Source: an uncultured cyanobacterium
GTDB taxonomy: Bacteria; Cyanobacteriota; Cyanobacteriia; PCC-6307; Cyanobiaceae
NCBI GenBank assembly: GCA_903862155.1
Contig: CAIOXF010000115.1
Location: 1 to 35,454, forward strand
Direction of reading: 5' to 3'
Length of the DNA: 35,454 bases
In this document: one piece after another, positions 1 to 10,080 of the stretch
Position numbering within the stretch: the stretch's first letter is position 1
Layout: each line of letters begins with the position of its first letter
Notes under the pieces: generated by a model
What the model was told of the DNA's origin: nothing
Database searches by the model: none
Seen by the model: only the letters and a program-made list of their open reading frames with translations
Made by a program: the position numbers and the translations under genes

Positions 1-353
1 CGGCCCGCCTCACCCTCGTTCTTCTGGAGATCTTCCAGCTGGGGCAGGGCTGCCGTGAGCAACTGGATGATGATCGAGGCGTTGATGAACGGCAGGATCC
101 CCAGGGCGAAGACGCCCAGGGTCGACAGGCCGCCACCGGTGAAGATGTCGAGGAAGCCGATCAGCTGGCCGCCCCGGGCCAGGAAGTCCTGGAAGGCGAC
201 GCGGTCGATGCCGGGCACCGGGATGTAGATGCCGAGGCGCACCAACAGGAGCAGCCCCAGCGTGGTGAGCACCCGGTCGCGCAGACCCTTCGACTGGATC
301 AGCTGGCTGAGGATTTCGCCGGCGCTGGGGTTGCGGCCCCGACTGACGAGCAT
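1..353 (-). CDS. secY: Preprotein translocase subunit SecY, N-terminal 117 codons only (the rest runs off the window)
   Basis: My translation of the minus strand from the ATG (complement of cat at 351-353) gives MLVSRGRNPSAGEILSQLIQSKGLRDRVLTTLGLLLLVRLGIYIPVPGIDRVAFQDFL...LGILPFINASIIIQLL, a canonical SecY N-terminus. It lies just downstream of rplO, as in spc operons. It is absent from the ORF track because no stop lies in the window; track ORF 10..405 is a different frame. Confidence 0.9.
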   Translation of the reverse strand, partial: MLVSRGRNPSAGEILSQLIQSKGLRDRVLTTLGLLLLVRLGIYIPVPGIDRVAFQDFLARGGQLIGFLDIFTGGGLSTLGVFALGILPFINASIIIQLLTAALPQLEDLQKNEGEAG

Positions 354-380
354 GGCGATGGCTGGCGGAGGGAGGGAGGC

Positions 381-424
381 AAACAAAAAGCCGTCTGCCG
401 GGCACGAGGCTCAGGCAGACGGCT
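381..424 (-). terminator. Rho-independent terminator-like hairpin between rplO and secY
   Basis: A perfect 11-bp stem (389-399 pairs with 414-424) with a 14-nt loop is followed on the minus strand by TTTTGTTT (complement of 381-388). A second 7-bp GC hairpin sits at 437-455. Confidence 0.55.
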
Positions 425-459
425 CAGACCATAGGGCGGTGCCTGAGGGGCACCGGGCT

Positions 460-909
460 TCAGAGCACTTCGCAGGTGCCGCCGGCGGCCTCGATCTTGG
501 CGCGGGCGCTGGCGGTGAAGGCGGCGGCCTGAACGGTGAGCTTCACCTTGAGGTCGCCGTTGCCGAGCACCTTGAGGGGGTGCTTGGGGCTGGTGACGAT
601 GCCGTCTTTAACAAGGGTATCGATGTTCACCGTGCTGCCGGCCTTGAGGTCGGCGAGCTTGGCCACATTGATCACCGTGTAGTCCTTCTGGTTCACCAGC
701 TCAAAGTGCTTGAGCTTGGGAATGCGGCGATAGAGGGGCATCTGGCCACCCTCGAAGCCGGGGCGGGTAGGGCGACCCGAGCGCGACTTCTGACCGCGCA
801 TGCCGAAGCCGCAGCTGGCGCCCTGGCCTGCGGCGATGCCACGGCCCTTGCGCAGCTTGCGCCGGCGGGCGCCGGCGTTGGGCTTCAGCGACTGGAGGTT
901 GATGGTCAT
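460..909 (-). CDS. rplO: 50S ribosomal protein L15
   Basis: The translation [45 protein letters not shown] is a typical L15 N-terminus. It sits in operon position after rpsE. Confidence 0.97.
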   Translation of the reverse strand: MTINLQSLKPNAGARRRKLRKGRGIAAGQGASCGFGMRGQKSRSGRPTRPGFEGGQMPLYRRIPKLKHFELVNQKDYTVINVAKLADLKAGSTVNIDTLVKDGIVTSPKHPLKVLGNGDLKVKLTVQAAAFTASARAKIEAAGGTCEVL

Positions 910-917
910 GGCGAGGC

Positions 918-1562
918 TCAGGAGTAGATCTGCTCGAGGGAGATGCCCCGCTCCTTGGCGGTCTCCTTGTGGGTGCGCAGGGCGCCGAGGGCAACCAGGG
1001 CAGCCCGGGCGTTGTTCAGGGGAGTTTTGGACCCCAGGCGCTTGGCGAGCACGTTCTTAATGCCGGCGAGTTCCAGCACGGTGCGGATCGAGCCACCGGC
1101 AATGACACCGGTACCGGGGGCGGCGGGACGGATCAGCACGCTGGCAGCGCCGTCGCGACCACGGCTTTCGGTGGGCACCGAGCTGTTGCGGGTGAGGGGC
1201 ACCTTCACCAGGTGCTTCTTGCCATCGGCCACGCCCTTGCGGACGGCGCCGATCACATCGCCGGCCTTGCCGACGCCCACGCCCACCTGGCCCTTCTCGT
1301 TGCCGACGACAACGATGGCCCGGAAGCTCATCTTTTTACCGCCCTTGACGGTCTTGGACACGCGGCGGATCTGAACCACGCGCTCCTGCCATTCGGAGTC
1401 ACGTTCCTGACCCCGACGGTTGTCGCGGCCCCGGCCGCCGCCACGGCGATCACCCCCCCGGCCGCCGCCACCACGACGCTCCTGCTGGCCTTCGGCAGCA
1501 GCAGGAACATCGGCAGCGCCCGGGATATCGGCGGACTGAATCTGGTCGTTGGTTTCGGTCAT
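918..1562 (-). CDS. rpsE: 30S ribosomal protein S5 with an Arg/Gly-rich N-terminal extension
   Basis: The core [40 protein letters not shown]...[29 protein letters not shown] is S5. It lies between rplR and rplO. Confidence 0.96.
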   Translation of the reverse strand: MTETNDQIQSADIPGAADVPAAAEGQQERRGGGGRGGDRRGGGRGRDNRRGQERDSEWQERVVQIRRVSKTVKGGKKMSFRAIVVVGNEKGQVGVGVGKAGDVIGAVRKGVADGKKHLVKVPLTRNSSVPTESRGRDGAASVLIRPAAPGTGVIAGGSIRTVLELAGIKNVLAKRLGSKTPLNNARAALVALGALRTHKETAKERGISLEQIYS

Positions 1563-1575
1563 GGTGAGAGCAGGA

Positions 1576-1941
1576 TCAGAACTGAAGGCCCGCTTCCCGG
1601 GCGGCGTCGGCCAGGGCTTTCACCCGACCGTGATACAGGTTGCCGCCGCGATCGAAGACCACCTGCTGAATGCCCTTGGCCAGGGCACGCTTGGCGACCA
1701 GCTCACCTACGGCCACCGAAGCATCGCAGGTCGCACCGTTCTTGAGATTGGTGCGCAGGTCCTTGTCGAGGGTCGATGCCGCACACAGGGTGTTCTGTGC
1801 GTCGTCGTCGATGACCTGGGCGTAGATGTGATTGTTGGAGCGGAAGACAGCCAGACGGGGACGGTTGGCCGTGCCGCTGAGATTGCGACGCAGGCGGCGG
1901 TGCCGTTTCTGGGTCTGCTGTTTGCGAGAGACGGAAGACAT
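1576..1941 (-). CDS. rplR: 50S ribosomal protein L18
   Basis: The translation [41 protein letters not shown]...[26 protein letters not shown] is typical L18. Confidence 0.97.
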   Translation of the reverse strand: MSSVSRKQQTQKRHRRLRRNLSGTANRPRLAVFRSNNHIYAQVIDDDAQNTLCAASTLDKDLRTNLKNGATCDASVAVGELVAKRALAKGIQQVVFDRGGNLYHGRVKALADAAREAGLQF

Positions 1942-1973
1942 GGCGATATCGGGTGGTGACGCTCAGGCAGACC

Positions 1974-2513
1974 TCATTTCTTACCGGTCTTACCGGCCTT
2001 GCGCAGGATGCGCTCACCTTCGTACTTGATGCCCTTGCCCTTGTAAGGCTCAGGCGGACGAATGGCGCGCACCTTGGCGGCTTCATTGCCCACCACTTCC
2101 TTGTCCGCACCGGACACCAGAACGGTGGTGTTGCCTTCAACGGCGAAGGTGACGCCCGCGGGGGGCTCCATCTCCACCTGATGGCTGTAGCCGGCGCTCA
2201 CCACGAGCTTTTTGCCCTGAACAGCAGCGCGGTAACCCACGCCGACGATTTCGAGCTTGCGGGTGTAGCCCTGGCTGACGCCTTCCACCATGTTGGCCAC
2301 GAGGGTGCGGCAGAGGCCGTGACGCTCGCGGGAGCGGCGGGTTTCGCTGGCCGGGCTCACCACAAGGGTGTTGCCGTCCTGGCTGATGGTGACACCCTCA
2401 GGCAGGGTGCGGCTGAGTTCGCCCTTCGGACCCTTCACGGTCACATCCAGCCCGTTGAGGCTGACGGTGACCTTGTCGGGCACAGGAATCGGGGCTTTAC
2501 CGATACGTGACAT
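1974..2513 (-). CDS. rplF: 50S ribosomal protein L6
   Basis: [37 protein letters not shown] is an L6 N-terminus, and the gene is in operon order. Confidence 0.97.
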   Translation of the reverse strand: MSRIGKAPIPVPDKVTVSLNGLDVTVKGPKGELSRTLPEGVTISQDGNTLVVSPASETRRSRERHGLCRTLVANMVEGVSQGYTRKLEIVGVGYRAAVQGKKLVVSAGYSHQVEMEPPAGVTFAVEGNTTVLVSGADKEVVGNEAAKVRAIRPPEPYKGKGIKYEGERILRKAGKTGKK

Positions 2514-2530
2514 GAATCAACCTCCCAGGA

Positions 2531-2932
2531 TCAATAGACGTAGCAGAGCACTTCGCCGCCCACGCCCTGCTTGCGGGCGTCACGGTCGCTCATCACACCC
2601 TTGGAGGTGGAGATGATGGCCACTCCGAGGCCACCCAGAACCTTGGGCAGCTGACGGGTGTTCTTGTAGATGCGAAGACCGGGCTTGCTCACCCGCTGCA
2701 CCGAGCGGATGGTGGGCGTGCGGTGCTTGCCGCTGTACTTGAGTTCAAGCACCAGCTCTTTCTTCACACCTTCGCCTTCTTCGCTGATGTTGGCGATGAA
2801 GCCTTCCTGCTGCAGCACACTGGCGATGCTGCGGCAGAGACGGGAGGAGGGGATCCTGGTGGTCTCGTGACGCTTCTCACTCGCATTGCGAATGCGGGTG
2901 AGCATGTCGGAAATGGGGTCGTGATTGGCCAT
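2531..2932 (-). CDS. rpsH: 30S ribosomal protein S8
   Basis: [13 protein letters not shown]...GGEVLCYVY are S8 hallmarks. Confidence 0.97.
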   Translation of the reverse strand: MANHDPISDMLTRIRNASEKRHETTRIPSSRLCRSIASVLQQEGFIANISEEGEGVKKELVLELKYSGKHRTPTIRSVQRVSKPGLRIYKNTRQLPKVLGGLGVAIISTSKGVMSDRDARKQGVGGEVLCYVY

Positions 2933-2952
2933 GGTCGTGTCCGGAAGAGGGC

Positions 2953-3492
2953 TCAGTTGCTGCGGAACGGCATCCCCATCTCGCGGAGGAGGGCCCGGCC
3001 CTCTTCGTCGTTACGGGCGCTGGTCACGATGGTGACGTCCATGCCCCGAATCGCATCGATCTTGTCGAAGGAGATTTCGGGGAAGATGATCTGTTCGCGG
3101 ATGCCCAGGGTGTAGTTCCCCCGGCCGTCGAAGCTCTTGGGGCTCACGCCGCGGAAGTCGCGGATGCGCGGCAGAGCCAGGTGGATCAGGCGCTCCAGGA
3201 AGGCGTACATGCGGTCACCACGCAGGGTGACGGCCACGCCGATGGGCATGCCTTGGCGGATCTTGAAGCCGGCGATGGCCTTCTTGGCGCGGGTCACCAC
3301 CACCTTTTGACCGGTGATGTTGGCCAGCTCCACGATGGAAGCTTCGAGAGCTTTGGCGTTCTGGGCGGCTTCACCAAGACCCCGGTTGACGGTGACTTTG
3401 ATCACCTTGGGGACTTCGTGAACGTTGGCCAGGTTCAGATCCTTGAGCAGCTTGGGCTGGATCGTCTCCCGGTAGCGCTGTTTGAGTGACAT
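2953..3492 (-). CDS. rplE: 50S ribosomal protein L5
   Basis: The translation [40 protein letters not shown]...[18 protein letters not shown] is L5. Confidence 0.97.
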   Translation of the reverse strand: MSLKQRYRETIQPKLLKDLNLANVHEVPKVIKVTVNRGLGEAAQNAKALEASIVELANITGQKVVVTRAKKAIAGFKIRQGMPIGVAVTLRGDRMYAFLERLIHLALPRIRDFRGVSPKSFDGRGNYTLGIREQIIFPEISFDKIDAIRGMDVTIVTSARNDEEGRALLREMGMPFRSN

Positions 3493-3562
3493 GACGGGGG
3501 AGGGGATTGCGCTTCTGGGCTGGGTCAGAAGGCGGACGTTTGCGCGATGGAAGAGCGGTTGA

Positions 3563-3919
3563 TCAGTCGATGATCTCGCCGGTCTTCTTCAGGCGGCGCT
3601 TCTTGGTGCCGTCCTTGTCGACAACAATTTCGACGCGGCTGACAACCTTTTTGTCGTTGGAGTACAGCATCACGTTCGAGGCATGCACGGAGGCTTCCTC
3701 AGTGACGATGCGGCCGGATTCACCCTCCTGGGTGGGCTTCACGTGGCGGGTGCGCAGGTTGATGCCCTGCACAATCACGCGGTTCTCATAGGGAAGGGTG
3801 CGCAGGACCTCACCGGTCTTGCCCTTGTCCTTACCGCTGATCACCTGCACGGTGTCGCCCTTCTTGATGCGCATTTTGGTGCGCACAGGGGCTTTGGCCT
3901 TAGGGGTGGCAGTTGCCAT
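3563..3919 (-). CDS. rplX: 50S ribosomal protein L24
   Basis: The KOW motif [24 protein letters not shown] is present, and the gene lies between rplN and rplE. Confidence 0.96.
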   Translation of the reverse strand: MATATPKAKAPVRTKMRIKKGDTVQVISGKDKGKTGEVLRTLPYENRVIVQGINLRTRHVKPTQEGESGRIVTEEASVHASNVMLYSNDKKVVSRVEIVVDKDGTKKRRLKKTGEIID

Positions 3920-3920
3920 C

Positions 3921-4286
3921 TCAGATCACCTCCGGAGCGAGGGACACGATCTTGGTGAAGTTGCGCTCGCGCAGTTCACGGGCCACGGGGCCGAACACGC
4001 GGGTGCCCTTGGGGTTGTTGTCGTTGCCCAGGATCACCGCGGCGTTGTCGTCGAAACGGATGGAGTTACCCGTGTCGCGACGCAGGGTGGCCTTGGTGCG
4101 AACCACCACAGCTTTCACCACATCGGACTTCTTCACGCCCATGTTGGGCATGGCGTCCTTCACCGCAGCCACGATCACGTCACCAACGTGGGCGTAGCGG
4201 CGGTTGGTGCCCAGCACACGGATGCACTGGATGCGCTTCGCGCCGCTGTTGTCAGCGACGTTGAGGAAGGTTTCCTGTTGGATCAT
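3921..4286 (-). CDS. rplN: 50S ribosomal protein L14
   Basis: [26 protein letters not shown] is a canonical L14 start. Confidence 0.98.
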   Translation of the reverse strand: MIQQETFLNVADNSGAKRIQCIRVLGTNRRYAHVGDVIVAAVKDAMPNMGVKKSDVVKAVVVRTKATLRRDTGNSIRFDDNAAVILGNDNNPKGTRVFGPVARELRERNFTKIVSLAPEVI

Positions 4287-4299
4287 CGGGAGGTCCTCC

Positions 4300-4545
4300 T
4301 CAGTTGGCCGTGGAGATCACTTCGGCCACGGTCCAGCGCTTGGTGCGACTGAGGGGCCGGGTTTCGGTGATGCGAACCCGGTCGCCCACCTTGCAGCTGT
4401 TGGCTTCGTCGTGAGCCTTGTAGCGGGTGGTGCGGCTCACCGTCTTCTTGTAGATGGGGTGGGGGAAGCGGTTTTCCACCGCCACCACCACCGTTTTGTC
4501 CATCTTGTCGCTGACGACGGTGCCGACCCGTTCCTTAGTAGCCAT
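4300..4545 (-). CDS. rpsQ: 30S ribosomal protein S17
   Basis: The translation [44 protein letters not shown] is S17. Confidence 0.97.
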   Translation of the reverse strand: MATKERVGTVVSDKMDKTVVVAVENRFPHPIYKKTVSRTTRYKAHDEANSCKVGDRVRITETRPLSRTKRWTVAEVISTAN

Positions 4546-4562
4546 GGGAATGGAAGGGGAAA

Positions 4563-4775
4563 TCAGGAGGCGGAGGCGGAGCGCTGTTGCTCCCCGCGCA
4601 CCGTGAGCAGCTGGGCCAGCTTGATGCGGGCCTGCTTGAAGCGGTGCGGGTTTTCCAGGCGGCGGGTGGCCTGCTGGAAGCGCAGGGTGAACAGTTCGCG
4701 CCGGGTGGCGTCGATCTGTTCGTTGATTTGGTCGCTGGAGAGCTTGCGCACCTCAGCGATATCGGGACGGGCCAT
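4563..4775 (-). CDS. rpmC: 50S ribosomal protein L29
   Basis: A 70-aa protein with [48 protein letters not shown], placed between rplP and rpsQ. Confidence 0.95.
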   Translation of the reverse strand: MARPDIAEVRKLSSDQINEQIDATRRELFTLRFQQATRRLENPHRFKQARIKLAQLLTVRGEQQRSASAS

Positions 4776-4777
4776 GG

Positions 4778-5254
4778 TCAGGACTCCACGGTGGCGGGCA
4801 CGGCCGAGTCGGCCTCTTCCTGAGCCTGAGCCGCCTCTTGGTCGGCCAGGGTGAGGAATTTGGTTTTCACGGGCAGCTTGTACTGCGCCAGGCGCATGGC
4901 TTCCCGTGCGATTTCGGGGGTGATTTCGGCACCGCCCATTTCGAACAGGATGCGACCGGGCTTGATCACGGCCACCCAGAATTCCGGGTTGCCCTTACCG
5001 GAACCCATACGGGTTTCAGCGGGGCGCATCGTGACGGGCTTGTCGGGGAAGATCCGGATCCAGATCTTCCCGCCCCGCTTGACGTAGCGGGTCATGGCCC
5101 GACGGCTGGCCTCGATTTGGCGGGAGGTGATCCACCCGCACTCCTGGGCCTGAAGGGCAAATTGCCCGAAGGCAATGGTGTTTCCGCGGGTAGCGATGCC
5201 GCGCATGCGGCCGCGCTGCTGCTTACGGAATTTGACGCGTCTGGGACTCAGCAT
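4778..5254 (-). CDS. rplP: 50S ribosomal protein L16
   Basis: [25 protein letters not shown] is a canonical L16 start. It carries an acidic C-terminal tail. Confidence 0.97.
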   Translation of the reverse strand: MLSPRRVKFRKQQRGRMRGIATRGNTIAFGQFALQAQECGWITSRQIEASRRAMTRYVKRGGKIWIRIFPDKPVTMRPAETRMGSGKGNPEFWVAVIKPGRILFEMGGAEITPEIAREAMRLAQYKLPVKTKFLTLADQEAAQAQEEADSAVPATVES

Positions 5255-5270
5255 GGTTCAGGCCTCCTGA

Positions 5271-5999
5271 TCACTCCTCGTTGGAGCGGTCTTCGAACTG
5301 TTGGGGCCGCCGGCTGGCCCGGCGCTTGGGAGCAGCGCCCACGGGCAGCTGTTCCTTCTGACCCGGCAGCACCTCGCCCTTGAAGACCCACACCTTGATG
5401 CCCAGAACCCCGTAGGTGGTGCTGGCCAGCTTGGTGGCGTAGTCGATGTCGGCGCGGAGGGTGTGCAGGGGCACACGACCTTCACGGGTCCACTCGGTGC
5501 GGGCGATTTCGGCGCCGTTGAGGCGACCGCTCACCTGGATCTTCAGACCCAGGACGCCAGCACGCTGGGCCCGTTGAACGGCCATGCGCATCACGCGGCG
5601 GAATGCCACGCGCTTTTCGAGTTGCTGGGCGATGTACTCAGCCAGCAGGAAGGCATCGGCGTCGACGCGCTCCACTTCCACCACGTTGATGCGGACCTGA
5701 CGGTTCGCGTCGCCGAGGGTTTTCTGGATGCCGGTGCGCAGTTCTTCGATGCCGCTGCCCTGACGGCCAACCAGCACGCCGGGGCGTGCGGTCTTGAGTT
5801 CAACCTCAAGCTGGTCGGCTTTGCGGGCGATCAGCACATCGCTGATGCCGGCGGCGCCGTACTTCTTGTGGACGAACTTGCGGATCCGGTCGTCCTCCTG
5901 GAGGAGGGTCGGATAGGTCTTGCTGGGGGCATACCAGCGGGAGCGGTGCTCCTGGGTGATCCCCAGGCGCAGGCCGGTTGGATGGATCTTGTGTCCCAT
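5271..5999 (-). CDS. rpsC: 30S ribosomal protein S3
   Basis: The track ORF runs to 6041, but the S3 consensus begins at [15 protein letters not shown] (ATG = complement of 5997-5999). The longer form would overlap rplV (6019..6372). Confidence 0.95.
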   Translation of the reverse strand: MGHKIHPTGLRLGITQEHRSRWYAPSKTYPTLLQEDDRIRKFVHKKYGAAGISDVLIARKADQLEVELKTARPGVLVGRQGSGIEELRTGIQKTLGDANRQVRINVVEVERVDADAFLLAEYIAQQLEKRVAFRRVMRMAVQRAQRAGVLGLKIQVSGRLNGAEIARTEWTREGRVPLHTLRADIDYATKLASTTYGVLGIKVWVFKGEVLPGQKEQLPVGAAPKRRASRRPQQFEDRSNEE

Positions 6000-6018
6000 C
6001 GGTCGGTGTCCTCGGGGG

Positions 6019-6372
6019 TCAGGCGGCAGGAGCCACAGCAATGCTGATGTGGCAGGTCTTTTTCTGGATCGCGTAGGCGCGACCCTGGGCGCGGGGGCGA
6101 TACCGCTTCATCACCGGGCCCATGTCCGCGTAGGCCTGGCTGATCACCAGGCTGGCGGGGTCAAGGCCGAGGTTGTGCTCGGCATTGGCCACAGCAGAAC
6201 GCAGCACCTTGGTGATAGGGCCGGTGGAGCGGTAAGGCATGAACTCGAGCATGATCAGCGCGTCGCGATAGCTGCGACCACGGATCTGATCGAGAACCCG
6301 GCGCACCTTGGATGCCGAGCCGCGGATATAGCGGCCGTGGGCCAGGGCCTGGTTGGGAGAGGTGTTTGCCAT
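6019..6372 (-). CDS. rplV: 50S ribosomal protein L22
   Basis: The translation [37 protein letters not shown] is L22. Confidence 0.97.
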   Translation of the reverse strand: MANTSPNQALAHGRYIRGSASKVRRVLDQIRGRSYRDALIMLEFMPYRSTGPITKVLRSAVANAEHNLGLDPASLVISQAYADMGPVMKRYRPRAQGRAYAIQKKTCHISIAVAPAA

Positions 6373-6376
6373 TTGA

Positions 6377-6652
6377 TCAGCGGCCTCCTTTCTTGTCCTT
6401 GATGTGGCCCTTGAAGGTGCGGGTCGGGGCGAATTCCCCGAGCTTGTGGCCCACCATCTGTTCCGTCACGTAGACGGGAACGTGGGTTTTGCCGTTGTGA
6501 ACGGCAATGGTGTGGCCGATCATCATCGGCAGGATCGTGGAAGCCCGCGACCAGGTTTTGATGACAGATTTGTCGTCAGCGGCGTTCTGCTTTTCAACCT
6601 TGCGCAGCAGGCTGTCGGCAACGAACGGGCCTTTTTTGAGTGAACGTCCCAT
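6377..6652 (-). CDS. rpsS: 30S ribosomal protein S19
   Basis: [21 protein letters not shown]...[33 protein letters not shown] is S19. Confidence 0.98.
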   Translation of the reverse strand: MGRSLKKGPFVADSLLRKVEKQNAADDKSVIKTWSRASTILPMMIGHTIAVHNGKTHVPVYVTEQMVGHKLGEFAPTRTFKGHIKDKKGGR

Positions 6653-6687
6653 GGCGTTTTAAGCGGAGAGCAAAGCGGGTCTTGGCA

Positions 6688-7551
6688 TCAGGAATCGCGT
6701 CCGCCACGGCTCCGCTTGGAGGTGCGGCGACGTTTCCGGAGCACGAACCGGTTGCTGGGCTTGTTCCGCTTACGGGTCTTCAGACCCAGGGCGGGCTTGC
6801 CCCAAGGGGTGACAGGGCCGGAGCGACCGATCGGAGCGCGGCCCTCACCACCACCGTGGGGGTGGTCGCAGGGGTTCATCACCGAACCGCGCACTTCAGG
6901 ACGGCGACCCAGCCAGCGCTTGCGGCCGGCCTTGCCGAGGCTGGTGTTGCGCACCTCGGAGTTACCCACTTCGCCGAGGGTGGCGTAGCACTCGCGGCGC
7001 ACCAGGCGCACCTCGGTAGAAGGCAGCTTGAGGGCGACGTAGTCGCCTTCCTTGGCCATCACCTGGGCGCTGGCACCGGCGGTGCGCACCATCTGACCGC
7101 CGCGACCGGCGTACAACTCCACGTTGTGGACGCTGGAGCCGAGGGGGATGGCCGAGAGGGGGAGGGCGTTGCCGGTTTCGATCGGGGCGTCGGGACCCGA
7201 CACCACGGTCTGACCGATCTCAATGCCGCCCGGAGCCAGGATGTAGCGCTTCTCGCCGTCGGCGTAGAAGAGCAGCGCCAGGCGGGCGTTGCGATGGGGG
7301 TCGTAGTGGATGGCCGCCACCTTCGCCGTCACGCCGTGCTTGTCACGACGGAAATCGACGATGCGGTAGAGGCGCTTGTGGCCACCACCGCGGTGGCGGC
7401 AGGTGATCACACCGCGGTTGTTGCGGCCCTTGCGGCGGTGCTTGGCCACCACCAGGCCCCGCTCGCGACCGCGACCGGTGACTTCCGAGAAGTCGCTGGC
7501 GACACGGGTGCGGGTGCCGGGGGTGATGGGGCGGTAGTTACGGATTGCCAT
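6688..7551 (-). CDS. rplB: 50S ribosomal protein L2
   Basis: [17 protein letters not shown]...[18 protein letters not shown] is L2. Confidence 0.98.
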   Translation of the reverse strand: MAIRNYRPITPGTRTRVASDFSEVTGRGRERGLVVAKHRRKGRNNRGVITCRHRGGGHKRLYRIVDFRRDKHGVTAKVAAIHYDPHRNARLALLFYADGEKRYILAPGGIEIGQTVVSGPDAPIETGNALPLSAIPLGSSVHNVELYAGRGGQMVRTAGASAQVMAKEGDYVALKLPSTEVRLVRRECYATLGEVGNSEVRNTSLGKAGRKRWLGRRPEVRGSVMNPCDHPHGGGEGRAPIGRSGPVTPWGKPALGLKTRKRNKPSNRFVLRKRRRTSKRSRGGRDS

Positions 7552-7566
7552 GACGTTTCAGACCCC

Positions 7567-7869
7567 TCAGGACTCAGGGAACAGCTGGATGGCGTTGCCC
7601 TCGGCCAGGCGCACCACGGCCTTCTTCACCTGGGCGCGCTTGCCGGCGAACCGGCCCACGCGACGGGTGCGACGGGGGGGATTCATGGTGCTCACGCCCA
7701 CCACCTTCACATCGAACAGCGACTCGACAGCCGCCTTGATGTCGGGCTTGGCAGCCCGGTGGTCCACCTCAAAGGTGTACTGGTTGAGTTCGAGGGCCCG
7801 GGTGGCCTTCTCGGTGATCAGCGGCCGACGGATCACATCCGCAAGCCGGCCTGCAAAACGCTCAGACAT
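7567..7869 (-). CDS. rplW: 50S ribosomal protein L23
   Basis: The translation [45 protein letters not shown] is L23. It overlaps the rplD 3' end by 8 nt. Confidence 0.97.
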   Translation of the reverse strand: MSERFAGRLADVIRRPLITEKATRALELNQYTFEVDHRAAKPDIKAAVESLFDVKVVGVSTMNPPRRTRRVGRFAGKRAQVKKAVVRLAEGNAIQLFPES

Positions 7870-8497
7870 CGCCGTAGACCTCCTGAATCTTCGCGAGGGC
7901 CTCCTCGCTCACCACCAACTTGTTGGCGTTGAGAAGGTCGAACACGTTGAGCTGATCAGCCGCGATCAGCTTCACCTTCTCGAGGTTGCGCACGGACTTG
8001 CGCACCACCTCAGAGGCGTTGTCGAGGATCACCAGCACCTTCGAGCCGGCATCGATACCGAAACGGCTCAGGGCGGCAGTGATTTCCTTGGTTTTCGGTG
8101 CATCCAGACCGGCACCGAAGCCTTTCACCACGGTGATGTCCGCCACGCGGCTCATCAGGGCGGTACGCAGGGCGAGGCGACGCTCCTTGCGGTTCATCGC
8201 CAGGTTGTAGGAGCGGGGCTTGGGGCCGAACACCACACCACCACCGGGACGCAGCGGGGTGCGGATCGAGCCCTGGCGGGCGCGACCGGTGCCCTTCTGC
8301 TTGTAGGGCTTACGGCCACCACCGGCTACCTCGGCACGGGTCAGCGTGCTGGCGGTGCCCTGACGGGCGTGGGCCAGCTGACGAACCACGGCGCGGTGCA
8401 CCAGGTCTGTAGCGGAACTTTCCTTGGCGACCTTCAGATCCAGGGCAGCCTTGCCGGCTTCCTTGCCCTGCCAGTCGCGGATAACGCAATCAGCCAT
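7862..8497 (-). CDS. rplD: 50S ribosomal protein L4
   Basis: The translation [39 protein letters not shown] is L4. Confidence 0.97.
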   Translation of the reverse strand: MADCVIRDWQGKEAGKAALDLKVAKESSATDLVHRAVVRQLAHARQGTASTLTRAEVAGGGRKPYKQKGTGRARQGSIRTPLRPGGGVVFGPKPRSYNLAMNRKERRLALRTALMSRVADITVVKGFGAGLDAPKTKEITAALSRFGIDAGSKVLVILDNASEVVRKSVRNLEKVKLIAADQLNVFDLLNANKLVVSEEALAKIQEVYGDV

Positions 8498-8508
8498 CGG
8501 TCTCCTCC

Positions 8509-9156
8509 TCAGTTACCTGCCTTGGCACCCACCCGCTTGGCGGGGCGGATGTTGAGCAGCGAGCCGGGCTTGCCGGGCACCGAGCCCTTCACCACCAGCA
8601 GGTTGCGCTCGGTGTCCACCTTCAGGATCACCAGGCCACGGGTGGTGGTTTGCTTGCCGCCGTAACGGCCCGCCATGCGCTTGCCGGGATACACGCGGCC
8701 CGGCGTGGTGCCAGCACCGGTGGAGCCGGGCTCACGGTGGTTCTTCGAACCGTGGGTCATCGGACCGCGGCTGAAGCCGTGACGCTTCTGGTAGCCGGCG
8801 AAACCGCGACCCATGGTGTCGCCGCTCACATCGACTTTCTGGCCGGCCTCGAAGGCTTCGACCGTGATGGAGCCACCCAGCTCGAGACCGTCGACGTTGT
8901 CGACGCGGTACTCCTTGAGGTGACGGAGCAGCTCATCGCCCGACTTGGCCAGGTGACCCTGGGCGGGCTTGTTGACGAGCTTTTCGCGAATATCGCCGAA
9001 ACCGAGCTGGACGGCGTTGTAGCCGTCGGTGCTGGTGGTTTTGAGCTGAGTGATGCGGCAGGGGCCAGCCTCGATCACGGTGACCGGGATGGATCTGCCC
9101 TCTTCATCGAAGAACTGGGACATGCCCAGTTTCTTCCCAAGAATGCCGATGGACAT
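8509..9156 (-). CDS. rplC: 50S ribosomal protein L3 (first gene of the cluster)
   Basis: [33 protein letters not shown] is a canonical L3 start. Confidence 0.98.
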   Translation of the reverse strand: MSIGILGKKLGMSQFFDEEGRSIPVTVIEAGPCRITQLKTTSTDGYNAVQLGFGDIREKLVNKPAQGHLAKSGDELLRHLKEYRVDNVDGLELGGSITVEAFEAGQKVDVSGDTMGRGFAGYQKRHGFSRGPMTHGSKNHREPGSTGAGTTPGRVYPGKRMAGRYGGKQTTTRGLVILKVDTERNLLVVKGSVPGKPGSLLNIRPAKRVGAKAGN

Positions 9157-9618
9157 AGGAAGGGGAACAACGCCAGCTGGACCACCGGTGGCCTCTGCCG
9201 CAAGGCAGAAACGAGCCGGTGAAGCTGCGTACAGATGCTTTGTCTGCTGGTCCGGAGAAGTCGGCGGGCAGGGCGTATCCCAGTCAGGGATTTGCAGGCC
9301 AGGGCGATTTCGAAGGGCTAGCGGGACGTCGATGCGTCTGTGTCAGCGGGGCTGGGACTTGCTGGAACCGGACCCGATGGAATCGGGTGCGTTTGGCAGT
9401 TTCCCGACGGGTGAACAGCACGTGGTGAAACCTCGAGCTGCCCAGTCCGTACTGGCCTGGGACGACCACCACCACTGGCGATCGTTGTGCCTTGTTCTGG
9501 AGGCCCGGCTAGCGGACGGGCGCAGATCAATTGCACAGCCAACAACAATACCTCATGACTCTCTACCCAGGGTTTGAACCCTGCTGCCAGACTCTCCCGA
9601 GCTGTTCTGGCCCGCGCG

Positions 9619-10080
9619 ATGCCTCTGCTGCTTTCCGGCCGTGGATTCCGGCAGGCTCTGGAAGCATCGGGTGCGCTGGCCCTGTTTGCGCCCCTCGAAG
9701 GTGGCGCCGAAACCCGACTGCTGCGCCGGATGCGGGCCGCAGGCTATCGAGCCATGATCACGTCCGCCCGTGGGTTGGGCGATCCCGAGGCCTATCTGCT
9801 TCAGGCCCATGGTGTGCGCCCCCCTCACCTGGGTCACCAGAGCGTGGGACGCGGCGCGGCTGTGGGTGACGTGCAGCGTGTGATGCCCCAGCTCGGTGCC
9901 CTGCTGGAAGGCACGGCGCCGATCCTGCTGTGGCTGCTGGAGGGTCAGGTGCTCTCCAGCGCGGAACTCGCCTCGCTGGTGAACCTGGCCCAGCGCGAGC
10001 CCCGGCTGAAGCTTGTGGTGGAGATGGGAGGAGCCCGGGCCCTGCGCTGGCAGCCCCTCCAGCAGCTCATTGCTGGCTAA
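9619..10080 (+). CDS. ndhN: NAD(P)H-quinone oxidoreductase (NDH-1) subunit N
   Basis: [44 protein letters not shown]...[16 protein letters not shown]...[10 protein letters not shown]...[13 protein letters not shown] matches the picocyanobacterial NdhN as I remember it. The track start (TTG 9574) adds 15 unlikely residues; ATG 9619 gives the expected length of about 153 aa. Confidence 0.85.
   Translation: MPLLLSGRGFRQALEASGALALFAPLEGGAETRLLRRMRAAGYRAMITSARGLGDPEAYLLQAHGVRPPHLGHQSVGRGAAVGDVQRVMPQLGALLEGTAPILLWLLEGQVLSSAELASLVNLAQREPRLKLVVEMGGARALRWQPLQQLIAG

Noticed and set aside
10-405. 131-aa minus-strand track ORF at the left edge
   Set aside because: It has an Arg/Pro-rich composition and is in the wrong frame. 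The SecY N-terminus is read in another frame from the ATG at 353, which explains this DNA.
5999-6041. 14-codon N-terminal extension of rpsC ([14 protein letters not shown])
   Set aside because: It would overlap the 3' end of rplV. The S3 consensus begins at MGHKIHPTG (start 5999).
6640-7932. 430-aa plus-strand ORF spanning rplB and rplW
   Set aside because: It is antisense to two unmistakable ribosomal protein genes and has a Gly/Ala/His/Val-rich, motif-free translation. Long open antisense frames are expected at this GC content. The same applies to 229..927, 969..1745, 1953..2510, 3798..4352, 4204..4854, 5301..6047, 7550..8665 and 8650..9222.
1-9156. Absence of rpsJ, rpsN and rpmD from the ribosomal protein cluster
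   Set aside because: This is the normal cyanobacterial arrangement: S10 sits with tufA/fusA, S14 is encoded elsewhere, and there is no L30. It is not a deletion or a novelty.
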